Assembly: GCA_030390025.1 (NCBI GenBank)
Contig: JASTWF010000331.1
Location: forward strand, 434,001-498,000
From: Squalus acanthias
Taxonomy: Eukaryota
DNA length: 64,000 nucleotides
Direction: 5' to 3'
Below the pieces are notes generated by a model. That model had not been told where the DNA came from and made no database searches. It was given only the letters and a program-made list of their open reading frames with translations. The position numbers and the translations under genes were made by a program. The first letter of the stretch is position 1. The number at the start of each line of letters is the position of its first letter. Below, one piece after another: positions 37,201 through 48,994 of the stretch.

Positions 37201-38810
37201 TTATTTTGTTCGGAAGTATTAGTTTGAGGGGCTGTACTAGTTTGAGGGGCTGTAATGGTTTGAGAGGCAGCATTAGTTTGAGAGTTGTATTAGTTTGAGG
37301 GAATGTATTGGTTTGAGGGTCTGTATTAGTTTGAGGGGCTCTATTAGTTTGAGGGACTGTATTAGTGTGAGTGTCTGTATCAGTTTAAGGTGCTGTATTA
37401 GTTTGAGGGTCTGTATTAGTTTGAGGAGCTGTATTAGTTTGAGGGGCTGGATTAGTTTGAGGTGCTGTACTAGTTTAAAGTGCTGTACTAGTTTGAGGGA
37501 CTGTATTAGATTGAGGAGCTGTATTAGTTTGAGGGTCTGTATTAGTTTGAGGATCTGTATTAGTTTGAGGTACTGTATTAGTTTGAGGGGCTGTATTAGT
37601 TTGAGGGGCTCTATTAGTTTGAGGGGCTCTATTAGTTTGAGGTACTGTATTTGTTTGAGGGGCTCTATTAGTTTGAGGTACTGTATTAGTTTGAGGAGCT
37701 CTATTAGTTTGAGGTACTGTATTAGTTTGGGGGGCTCTATTAGTTTGAGGTACTGTATTAGTTTGAGGGGCTCTATTAGTTTGAGGTACTGTATTAGTTT
37801 GAGGGGCTCTATTAGATTGAGGATCTGTATTAGTTTGAGGGTGTGTATTAGTTTGAGGGGCTCTATTAGTTTGAGCTGTTGTATTAGTTTGAGGGGCTCT
37901 ATTAGTTTGAGGTACTGTATTAGTTTGAGGGGCTCTATTAGTTTGAGGTACTGTATTAGTTTGAGGGGCTCTATTAGTTTGAGCTACTGTATTAGTTTGA
38001 GGGGCTCTATTAGTTTGAGGTGTTGTATTAGTTTGAGGGGCTCTATTAGTTTGAGGTACTGTATTAGTTGGAGGGGCTCTATTAGATTGAGGTTCTGTAT
38101 TAGGTTGTGGTGCTGTACTAGTTTGAGGGAATCTATTAGTTTGCGGGTCTGTATTAGTTTGAGGTGCTGTATTAGTTTGAGGGTCTGTATTAATTTGAGG
38201 GTCAGTATTAGTTTGAGGTGCTGTATTAGTTTGTGGGGCTGTATTAGTTTGAGGTACTGTATTAGTTTGAGGGACTGTATTAGTTTGAGGTCTGTATTAG
38301 TTTGAGGGTCTGTATTATTTTGAGGTACTGTATTAGTTTGAGGGTCTGTATTAGTTTGAGGAGGTGTATAGTTTGAGGGGCTATATTAGTTTGAGTTGCT
38401 ATACTAGATTGAGGGACTGTATTAGTTTGAGGTGCTGCTTTAGTTTGAAAGTTTGTATTCGTTTGAGGAGCTGTGTTAGTTTGAGGATATGTATGAATTT
38501 ATGCTGCTGTATTAGTATCAAGCGCTGTATTAGTTTCGGGGCTGTATTGGTTTGAGGGGCTCTTTAGTTTGAGGGGATGTGTTAGTTTGAGGGGCTATGT
38601 TAGATGGAGGGGCTGTTTTATTTTGAAGAGCTTTATTAATTTGAGAGGCTGTAATAGTTTGAGGTGTTGCATTAGTTTCAGGGCCGGTATTACTTTGAGA
38701 TGCTGTATTAGTTTGCTGTGCTGCTTTAGTTTGGTTATTATTATTAGATGTAATATTTTCATGAGTTTGAGGGGATGCATTGATTTGAAGGGATGTATTA
38801 GTTTGAGAAC
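31245..38810. repeat. 18-bp satellite subfamily B (TGTATTAGTTTGAGGNNC)n, ~400 copies, with higher-order duplications
   Basis: Visible periodicity; degenerate at both edges; duplicated blocks inside. Confidence 0.97.
31575..32010 (-). mobile_element. Full-length HE1-type V-SINE
   Basis: tRNA head (TGGCATAGTGG A box, GGTTCGAATC B box), V-domain 'tgtgtggagtttgcacattctccccgtgtctgcgtgggtttcctccgggtgctccggtttcctccca', CR1-type tail (TTCTATG)n. Confidence 0.9.
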
Positions 38811-39231
38811 CCATCGAAAGAAGTTCTCCACTTTAAGTATTAAGCGAATGGCTGCAGTTAAACAGAGCACCCTCATCCCAGAGTGCAGAAGGAGCAGCCC
38901 TGGAAGGGCAATCAAACATTTTGATTTTATTTACTGAAAGGCCACAGCAGAGTGAAGGGCATTACTGGATCAAGATGTGATCTAGAGATGGGCCGGATGT
39001 TGTTTGACACAACAACACCATTGCTGGGAGAATACAGCTAGCAATCCCCATTAGGTATTAATTTGATCGGAATTCTCCAGTCTTTGGGGCTTTCAATTAC
39101 AAACTCAGCACTAAATATATTCCATCGCAAAAGGGACTTAACTCGGCTGTCGTCATTTGTTTGTTCAAATTTTTAAAAGAACTATTTTGAACGATGTTGC
39201 AACCTCAATGCCCCGTGGAGTTCCCGCAGGG

Positions 39232-39238
39232 TATAAAA
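39232..39238 (+). promoter_or_regulatory. TATA box of GPCR gene 2
   Basis: TATAAAA 92 nt upstream of ATG 39324. Confidence 0.78.
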
Positions 39239-39323
39239 GAAAGGCTCTGGGAATGTATCACCTTAGTGTTTAATTCAGAGGGATTGCTTGCAGCTCGACG
39301 GGGGACATCGCTTCACAGAGAAA

Positions 39324-39390
39324 ATGCATCTGCCAATACAACGTGTCACGCAATTATACTACTTGATACTTGCTGTCATTGGAGTTCCTG
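39324..39390 (+). CDS. GPR139-like GPCR gene 2, exon 1 (MHLPIQRVTQLYYLILAVIGVP)
   Basis: AAAATG start, 67 nt, donor CCTG|GTAAGT; joins exon 2 in frame. Confidence 0.92.
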
Positions 39391-39684
39391 GTAAGTGGCT
39401 AAAACGAATGAAGTTTTGTAAATCCGTGTGTGAGTTGCTCTCGGGTTTTGCTCTGTGACTGAGAATGTAACCTGCTTTTCTAGTGTCCCCGTTATACAGG
39501 CACCAGATCAGTGTTATCATTTCCTTAATGTCCTGAATGACTCTGCAGTTTGAATCCATTGCCACAACATAAACTAAATCTCTGTTTGTAACTCACAGCT
39601 CGAAGTATTAGCAATTATTGCCTTCAATGGAACATCTTGTAATGTTGAGTCAGACCTCAGTGCGGGCAGACCTTTGAGAGAAGC

Positions 39685-42600
39685 GATTACTGGGAGTGTC
39701 CATCACTGTGGAACTGAACTGAGTGTGGGTCCCGAGCCGGAATGGGACACATAACTCCAGTGACCAAGTATTACTGGGACTATCTTTCACTGTAGAACTC
39801 TACTGAGTGTTGGACACTAAACGGAGTGGGACAATTGACACCAGTGGCTATGTATTAGTGGGAATATCTGTCGCTATAGAACTGTACTGAAAGTGGGTCA
39901 CTAACCGGAGTAAAACACTTGACGCCAGTAGCTATATATTACTGGGAATGTCTGTCACTGAAGAACTGTACTGAGTGTGGGGCACTAACCAGAGTGGAAC
40001 ACCTGACCCCAGTGACCATGTATTACTGGGAGTATCTTTCACTGTAGAACTGTTCTGGGTGTAGGTCACTAACTGGAGTGGAACACCTGACCCCAGTGGT
40101 CATGTATTACTGGGAGTGTCTGTCACTGTTGAAATGTACAATGTGTGGGTCACTAACCGGAGTGGAACATCTGACCCCATTTGACATGTATTACTGGCAG
40201 ATCTGCACTGTAGAATTATATTGAGTGTGGGGCACTAACCGGAGTGGGACACATGACACAAGTGGCCATGTTTAACTGGGAGAATCTGTTACTGTAGAAC
40301 TTTACTGAGTGTGGGTCATTAACCGGAGTGGAACACCTCACCCCAGTGGCCATGTATTACTGTGTGTAACTATCCCTGAAGAACTGTTCTGAGTGTGGGT
40401 CACTAACTGGCGTGGAACAAATGACCTCAGTGATTATATATTACTGGGAGTGTCTTTCACTGTAGAACTGTACTGAGTGTGGGTCAATAACTAGAGTGGA
40501 ACATCTGACCCCAGTGTACAGTTATTAATGGGAGTGTCTTTCAATGTAGAATTGTATTGAGTGTTGGTCACTAACAGGAGTGAAACAACTGACAGCTGTT
40601 GCCATGTATTATTGGGAGTATCTGTCACTGCAGAACTGTACTGAGTGGGTGTCACTAAGTGGAGTGGAACACCTGACCCCAGTGATCATGTATAACGTGG
40701 AGTATCTGTCACTGTAGAACTGTACTGAATGTGGGTCACTAAACAGAGTGGAACACCTGACGCAAGTGGTTACGTATTACTGGGAGTAGCTGGCACTGTA
40801 GAATTGTACTAAGAGTGGGGCACCAACAGGAATGAAACTCCTGACTCCAGTGGCCATATATTACTGCATTTATCTGTCACTCTAGAATTGTTCTGACTGT
40901 TGGTCTCTAACCGGAGTGGAACACTTCACCCCAGTGGCCATGTATTACTGGGAGTATCTGTCACTGTAGAACTGTACGGAGCGTGGGTCACTAACGGGAG
41001 TGGAATACCTCATCCCAGTGGCCATGTATTACTGGGAATTTCTGTCGCTCTAGAATTATATTGAGTGTGGTTCACTAACCTCAGTGGCCATGTATTACTG
41101 GGAGTATCTGTCACTGTAGAACTGAACTCAGTGTGGGTCCCTAACAAGAGTGGAATAACTGACCACAGTTTCCATGTATTGCGGGGAGCATCTGTCAATG
41201 TAGAATCGTACCAAGTGTGGGTCACTAAACAGCTTGGAACAACTACCCACAGTGTCCTTGTATTCCTGGGGGTATCTGTCACCTCAGAATTGTACTGAGA
41301 GTGGGTCACCTTCAGGAGTGGAAGACCTGACCACAGCCGCCATGTATTACTGGGTTTATCTGTCACTCCAGAATTGTACTGAGTGCTGGTCACATACTGG
41401 ATTGAAACACGTCACCACAGTGGCCCTGTATTACTTGGTGTATCTCTCAGTGTAGAACTGTACTGAGTGTGGGTCACTTAGCGGAGTGAAATTAACTGAC
41501 CCCAGTGACCATATATTAGTAGGAGTGTCTGCAACTGTAGAACTGAAATGAGTGTTGGCCACTAACCTGAGTGGAACACCTGACCCCGGTGGCCATGTAT
41601 TGCTGGGAGTGTCTGTCGCTGTAGAACTGTACTGAGTGTGGGTCACTAAATGGAGTGGCACACCTGACCCCAGTGACCATTTAATAGCAGGAGTGTCTTT
41701 CACTGTAGAATTGTACTGAGTGTGAGTCACTAACCGGAGTGGAACACCTGACCCCAGTGGCCATGTATTACTGAGAGTATCTATCACTGTAGAATTGTAC
41801 TGAGTGTGGTGAAACGGACCCCAGTGACCAAGTTACTGGGAGTATCTGTAAATAAATAACTTTACTGATTGTGGGTCCCTAACAAGAGTGGTGTAACTGA
41901 CCCCCGTAGCCATGTATAACTGGGAGTGTCTTTCACAGTAGAACTTTACTGAGTGTGGGTCACTAACTGAAGTACAACACCTGACCCTCGTGACCATGTT
42001 TTACTGGGAGTGTCTTTCACAGTAGAACTGTACTGAGTGTGGGTCACTAACTGAAGTACAACACCTGACACTCGTGACCATGTTTTACTGGGAGTATCTG
42101 TCACTGTAGAACAGTACTGAGTGTGGGTCACTACCCGGAGTGGAACACCTGACCCCAGTGACCATTTATTACTGGGAGTATCTGTCACTGTAGAACTGTA
42201 CTGTGTGTGGGTCACTACCCGGAGTGGAACAACTGACCCCAGTGACCATGTATTACTGGGAGTATCTGTCACTGTAGAACTGTACTGAGTGTGGGTCACT
42301 AACCGGAGTGGAACACCTGACCCCAGTGGCCATTTATTACTGGGAGTATCTGCCACTGTAGAACTGTACTGTGTGTGGGTCACTACCCGGAGTGGAACAC
42401 CTGACACCAGTGACCATGTATTACTGGGAGTATCAGTCACTGTAGAATTGTACTGAGTGTGGGTCACTAACCGGAGTAGAACACCTGACCCCAGTGGCCA
42501 TGTAATACTGGGAGTGTCTGTCACTGTAGAATTATATTGAGTGTTGGTCACTAATCCGAGTGGAACACTTGACCACAGTGACCATGTATTACCTGGATTA

Positions 42601-42975
42601 TCTGTCACTGTAGAATTGTACTGAGTGTGGGTCACTAACCGGAGTGGAACACCTGACCCCAGTGGCCATGTATTACTGGGATTATCAGTCACTGTAGAAT
42701 TGTACTGAGTGTGGGTCACTAACCGGAGTGGAACACCTGACCCCAGTGGCCATGTATTACTGGGATTATCAGTCACTGTAGAATTGTACTGAGTGTGGGT
42801 CACTAACCGGAGTAGAACATCTGACCCCATTGGCCATGTATTACTGAGAGTATCTGTCACTGTAGAATTATATTGAGTGAGGGTCACTAACCGGAGTAGA
42901 ACATCTGACCCCATTGACCATGTATTACTGGGAGTATCTGGCACTGTAGAATTATATTGAGTGTGGGTCACTAAC
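39685..42975. repeat. 84-bp minisatellite, ~39 copies, filling the gene 2 intron
   Basis: Unit GTATTACTGGGAGTATCTGTCACTGTAGAACTGTACTGAGTGTGGGTCACTAACCGGAGTGGAACACCTGACCCCAGTGGCCAT; 28-aa periodic pseudo-ORF. Confidence 0.97.
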
Positions 42976-43136
42976 TCTAATTGAACTAACAAGTTCTAAT
43001 TTGAAATCTTTGTGTCAGGTGACAAATCTCTTCCCTCCATGAATCGAGGAGAAATCCAGCCCTTACTATCTGGGCTCAGACACGAGGAATGTTTGATCAG
43101 TAATATCCTGTCTCCTTTGCCTTCTCTAATTTACAG

Positions 43137-44041
43137 TTAATTTAGTGGCGATTGTGATCCTATCCCGGGGAAAGTGCGGGCTCTCCACCTGCACCACTCG
43201 CTACCTGGTGGCCATGGCAGCGGCGGATCTACTCGTCATCATCACCGAGGTCATACTGAGGCGGATCAATTTGTATTATTTGCCAGAGTCTTTCTTGGAC
43301 ATCACTCCTGTGTGTAGTGTTATCGGGGTCATGGTTCGCGCAGCCACAGACTGTTCTGTCTGGTTCACCGTCACTTTCACCTTTGATCGATTTGTGGCCA
43401 TTTGTTGTCAGAAGCTGAAAACAAATTATTGCACCGGGAAAACTGCTGCTGTGGTTCTAGCAACAACCGGCACTCTGCTCTGTTTAAAAAGCATTCCCTT
43501 CTACTTTATATTTGAACCTGGTAAGATAATCGACAATGTACCCCGGTTTTGTTACACAATCCCAAGCTATTATACTAAGCCCGGATGGGTAGGATTTAGC
43601 TGGTTGGATAAGGGTTTAAACCCATTGCTCCCATTCGTTTTAATTTTGTTGCTCAACGCTCTGACAGTGAGACACATTTTAGTGGCCAGTCGAGTCCGTA
43701 AGGGACTGAGGGGTGAGAGCAAGGGAGAGAATCGCAGTGACCCAGAGATGGAGAGTAGAAGGAAGTCTGTGATTTTACTCTTCTCCATATCCGGCAGCTT
43801 CATACTTCTGTGGTTGGTATTTGTTATAGAATTCTTATATTATAGCATTGCAGCAATAGATAATTACAACGTGCCTTTGTATAATCTTCAACAAGTCGGA
43901 GCAATGTTGCAGAATATAAGTTGCTGCACAAACACATTTATTTATGGGGTGACCCAGTCCAAGTTCAGAGAGCAGTTGAAGAGCGCGGTGAAATATCCGG
44001 TTACCTCAATTATTCAATTAATGAAGAATCAGAACAACTGA
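43137..44041 (+). CDS. GPR139/GPR142-like orphan class A GPCR, gene 2, exon 2 (spliced product 323 aa, intact)
   Basis: Pyrimidine tract plus TTACAG acceptor at 43136; 'MAAADLL', 'FDRFVAICC', 'PLLPF', 'LLWL', 'CCTNTFIY', 'KFRE'; 67+905=972 nt. Confidence 0.93.
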
Positions 44042-44379
44042 GCGCAGCCCAGAGGCGGCTCCCAGTGTTTCCAGCCCAGGAATGTAATATTCAGCACCAG
44101 ACTCCCATCAACTGAATTACACCAGCAATCGCTGGTGATCTGAAGATACAGCCAGCGGCGGGGCGAGCACTGTGTTTAGGACACTGCACTATTTCTGACT
44201 GACAGTTCCCACATTGTCTTTCGGGACAGGACCACTAGTTTGCTGCTTTCACTCTGAGCTCTTCTGTAAAGATTCACTTAAGCTATTGAGTGCAGCAATT
44301 CATTTGCAGCTTCCAGTGTAAGAGCCCCGTCAATAGGTAGGCAGACAGAGCCGAGCTGCAGTTCAGAGGATTACATTAC

Positions 44380-44850
44380 ATAGAATATACAGCAAAAAAA
44401 AACATAAGGCCCAACTAGTCTGTGCTGGTGTTTATGCTTCACACGAGTCTCTTCCCATTGCATTTACCTCATCTCAACCTCTCAGCATTTCTTTCTATTC
44501 CCTTTTCTCTCATGCACTCGTCTAATTTCCCTTTGATAGCCTTTAAGCTATTTGCCTCAAACACTTCCTGTGGTCGTGACTTCTACGTTGTATACACTCT
44601 CTGAGTAAAGACATTGCTCCTTATTTCCCTATTGGATTTATTAATAACTATCTTGTATTTATGGCACCTATTTTTGGATCCTACCACAAGTGCAAACATT
44701 CTCTCCACATCGACTCTGTTCAAAACATTTATAATTTTCAAAACCTCTATCAAGCCTCCTTAAATTCAATTCTCTTCTAAAGCAAAAAGGCCCAACCTGT
44801 TCAACCTTTCCCGATAGCTGTAAACTCTCAGTTCTGGTGCCGTCCAGCTA
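44380..44850 (-). mobile_element. CR1-like LINE 3' fragment
   Basis: Reverse complement resembles the CR1 3' ends at 5000-5400 and 21150-21550. Confidence 0.6.
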
Positions 44851-44859
44851 AATATTTGC

Positions 44860-45675
44860 AAGACCAGAACCATTGGTATCCACAGATCCTCCGTTGCCTA
44901 GCCTCCGACTGCATCGTTCTCCTTGAAATCTGTCAAAGGATGAACCAGACCGTTCGCAACCTTGGTACGGTATTTGACCGCGGGATGATTTTCCGATCAC
45001 ATATCCACTCCATCACCAGGATTGCCTCGATCCACCTCAGTGAAATCGCATGAATCCGCCCCTGCCTCAGATCATCTGCTGCTCAAACATTCATCAATGA
45101 CTTTGCAAACTCTAGAATTGCCAACTCCAATGCTCTTCTGGCCAACTTTCCATCTCACTCCCTCCATGAACTTCAGCTCATCCAAAACTCTATTGCCCGT
45201 ATGCTAAATCGCAGCAAATCCCAATACCTCATCACGCCAGTGCTCGCTCTCCTGCATTGAAACCCGTTCTGGCAACGCCTCAATTTTAAAATTATCATCC
45301 TTGTTTTCCAATGTGTACATGGCCTCCCTGCCTCTGTAACCTCCACCAGCGCTACACACCCCGAGATCTCAGACCTCCTCCAAATCCGGCATCTTGTACA
45401 TCCCCGATTTTAACTGCTCCACCATTGGCGAATGTGCTTGCAGCCCTAGATCCCTAGGGATCACCTCCGTAAACCTATCTGCCTCTCTAAATCTCTCTCC
45501 TCCTTTTACGATGCTCCTTAAAACACTCCTATTTGACCAAGCTTTTGGTCATCTTTCCGGATATCTCCTTATGTGGCTCGGTGTCAAATTGTGTTTGGTA
45601 ACGACCCTGTGAAGCGACTTGGGCGGTTTCTCTAAATTAAACAGGATATATAAATTCAGTTTTTTATTGCTGTTG
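44860..45675 (+). mobile_element. L2-like LINE 3' fragment
   Basis: 'VRNLGTVFD'; tail 'ctgtgaagcgacttggg...atataaat'. Confidence 0.8.
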
Positions 45676-45774
45676 CAAATATTGATGTACTTTTTCTAAT
45701 TACAAGCCCATTCTTCAACTTCATTAACATCTTATTGTACTCTGTCGCAGTCCTCCTCTGTATTAACTGTCATA

Positions 45775-46800
45775 AAATCATAGAGTTATACAGCACAGAA
45801 AGAGTCCCATCGTGTCCGCGCCGGCCATCAAGCCCTGTCTATTCTAATCCCATTTCCCAGCACTTGGTCCGTAGCCTTGTAGGCTATGGCGTTTCAAATG
45901 CTCATCTAAATGTTTCTTGAATGTTGTGAGGGTTCCTGCCTCTACCACCCTTTCAGGCAGTGAGTTCCAGATTCCAACCACCCTCTGGGTGAAAATGATT
46001 TCCCTCAAAACCCCTCTAAACCTCCTGCCCCTAGCTTGAAACTATGCCCCCTGGTTATTGACCCCTCTACTAAGGGGAAAAGTTCCTTTCTATCTACCCT
46101 GTCTATGCACCTCATAATTTTGTACACCTCAATCAGGTCCCACCTCAGCCTTCTCTGCTCTAAGGAAAACAACCCCAGCCTGTCCAGTCTCTCTTCATAG
46201 CTGAAGCGCTGCAGCCCAGGTAACATCTAGGTGAATCTCCTCTGTACCCTCTCCAATGCAATCACATCCTTCCGGTGTGGTGAACAGAACTGCACACAGT
46301 ATTCCAGCTGTGGCCGAACTAGCGTTTTGTACAGCTCCATCATATCCGCCCTGCTCTTATATTCTATGACTCGGCTGTTGAATGCAAGTATCCCATATGC
46401 AGATTTAACCACCTTATCTACCTGTCCTGCTGCCTTCAGGGATCTATGTACATGCATACAAAGGCCCCTCTGATCCTCTGTCCTTCCTAGGTCCTACCAT
46501 TCATTGTGTATTCCCTTGCCTTGTTAGTCCTCCCAAAATGCATCACCTCACACTTTTCAGGTTTAAATTCCATTTGCAACTGTGCTGCCCATCTGACCAA
46601 CCCGTCTATATCGTCTTGTAGCCTGAGGCTTCCCTCCTCTCTATTTACCACTCCTCCACTTTTCGTGTCATCTACATCCCACTTTTTTGGAGGCATCCAC
46701 AAACATTTTAATTGCACTCCCGATTCTCCAGTCCAAATTATTATGTAAGTGGTGAACATGAGTGGCCCCAGTACCGATCCTTGTGGAACACCACAACCCA
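45775..46800 (-). mobile_element. CR1-like LINE RT/3' fragment
   Basis: 'GVPQGSVLGPLMF', 'DDTK', 'YKTLVRPQLEYCVQF', 'LFSLEQRRLRWDLIEVYK'. Confidence 0.9.
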
Positions 46801-46984
46801 TCAGTTACCAACTTCACGACTTCTGAAATCTACTGCCTTTGAAATAAACCCCAGTTCATTGCTAGCATTTTAATTGCGTTGCTGACCGGTGATACATATT
46901 TTACTTATTTGTTCGCCTGTATCCCTAGATCCCTTTGCTCTTCTGGCCATTCAGTTTCTTATTGTCTAAGTTGCAGGTCATTAT

Positions 46985-48570
46985 AGAATCATTGAATGAT
47001 ACAGCGCAGAAGGAGTGCATTCGGCCCATCGTGCCTGTGCCGGCTCTTTGGTAGCGCCATCCAATTAATCCCACTCCTCTGCTCTTTCCCTGGTATGTTA
47101 CGCTTTACATCAAATATTCTTTCCAAATCCATTTTGAATGTTGCAATTCTATCTGGTTCCATCAACCTTTCAGGCAGTGCATTCAAGATCACAACAACTC
47201 GCTCTGTAAAAAAAGCCTCCTCATGTCGTCTCTGGTTCTTTTACCTTTCACATTGATTCTGTGTCCTCTGGTTACCGACCTATCTGCCACTGGAAACAGT
47301 TGCTCCTTATTTACTCTGTCAAATCAATTTCAGAGTTTGAAGTCCTCTATCAAATCTCCTCTTAAACGTATCTGTTCGATGAACAACAACCCCACCTTCT
47401 CAATCTCTCCACATAACTGAAGCCCCTGATCCCTGGTACCATTCTGGTAAATCTCTTCTGCTCATGCTCCAAGTCTTTGATATCTTACCTAAAGTGTGGT
47501 GCCCAGAATTCAACGCAATCCACCAGCTGAAGCCTAACCACTGTTTTATAAAGTTTTATCATGAATTCCTGCTTTAGTACTCTATTGATATGTTAATAAA
47601 GCCAACAATCAGATATGCTTTTTTTAACAACCTTCTCAACTTGTCATGCCACCTTCAAAGATTTGTGTACATACACTCCTAGGTCTCTCTGATCAACACC
47701 CCCTTTAAAATTGTACCTTTTAGTTCATCTGGCCCCTTCCACATTCATCCTCCGAAAATGCAGCACTTCACAATTCTCTGTGTTAAATTTAATCTACCAT
47801 GTGTCTGCCCATTTGAAACATAGTTCGGGTTATGTTGTAAACGAAGGTATTGGATTTGAAAAGAAACTCGATCGGGGAAGCGCAGCATCAGCTCAGGGAC
47901 ATGGCTGAAGCTCTCAGCCCATCCAGTCTGAGGAACATTTTATGTGCATCAATACCCAGCCAGATGTGCTGCTGGAGATTTAGTATCTGTTTAAGGCTCC
48001 ACTGATATTGTATTCTGTAAATGCAAAATATAGCATTAAACTGAGTAAGATGATAACTGTACATAGAGGAAAGAGGGTCAGTAAGAAGGAGCTCCATGAT
48101 TGTGTTTTTAACTGAGGATCTGCCATGAGCTTATTGAATGGTGGAGCAGGCTCGAAGGTCCAAATGGTCTATTCCTGCTCCTATTTCTAATGTTCTAATT
48201 TTTCCCAGTAAGTCTATGTCCGACTGAAGTGTGTTACTGCCCACCTCATTGAGTATTACATTTCCGAGTTTCGTTTCATTTGCAAACTATAAAATGATGA
48301 TGTGTATACCCAACTCTAGTTCATTAATATATATCAAAAAGTTCATTACTCCTAATAGCAACCTCTGGTGTACAACACTGTATACCTCCATCCTGTCTGA
48401 AAAACAAGCGGTCACCGCCACTTTCTACTTTCTGTCACTTAGCAAATTGTGTACCCATTCTGTCCTGTCCCTTTAACCCCATGGACCACACTTTTACGAA
48501 CATTCTGTTCGAAGTCTCTTTTTGAAACACCTTTTTAAAGTCCATATACAAAACATCAACCACACTACCC
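46985..48570 (-). mobile_element. Degenerate CR1-like LINE with an internal insertion (~47820-48200)
   Basis: Similar to the CR1 copies at 1-1325 and 6540-7965; a plus-strand CR1 tail lies at ~48100-48200. Confidence 0.65.
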
Positions 48571-48994
48571 TCATGATGTTTCTATTTTCCTATCAAAGTG
48601 CATCGCCCTGCTTTCATCTACATTGAAGTTCATTTGCCACTGAACAGCGCATACTGCATGTTTTCTAATGTCTATTATGAGATGTGCTTTCGAGAAAGGT
48701 TCCTTTTAGATTTGAAGCGAAGCATCAGCCTTATTGAATACAAGCAATACTAATTAATAAATGCAGCCGTTTATAGCTGTGGGAGTTTTGGTAATGTTAT
48801 CAGACAATCTGAAGATTTATTGCTCATTAATCTCCTTGCTTGTCACTTTTTACTGCGGCTTTTCGAAGAAGTGAGTAAAGTTATTATTTTTATAAACTAA
48901 CAGAACCGATGTCCTGTTTGCTCAACCCTCTCTATGTAACTTTCTGTATCTATTTATGCATCTAAAATCCTCAGCTCCTCTCCACAAAACCAAA

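Noticed and set aside
31199..38937. 'CISLRG' and 'LKLIQP' repeat ORFs (LRR-like appearance)
   Set aside because: Satellite translation with scattered frameshifts and stops; no gene structure.
39685..42975. RSS-like heptamers (CACTGTA/CACAGTG) in the 84-bp repeat
   Set aside because: No nonamer at 12/23 spacing and no V/J segments.
41010..42992. 348-aa mucin-like 28-aa repeat ORF
   Set aside because: Antisense reading of the intronic 84-bp array; neighbouring units have stops and indels.
43137..44041. Assigning the symbol GPR139
   Set aside because: The similarity is family-level and there are multiple local paralogues; orthology cannot be shown without a phylogeny.
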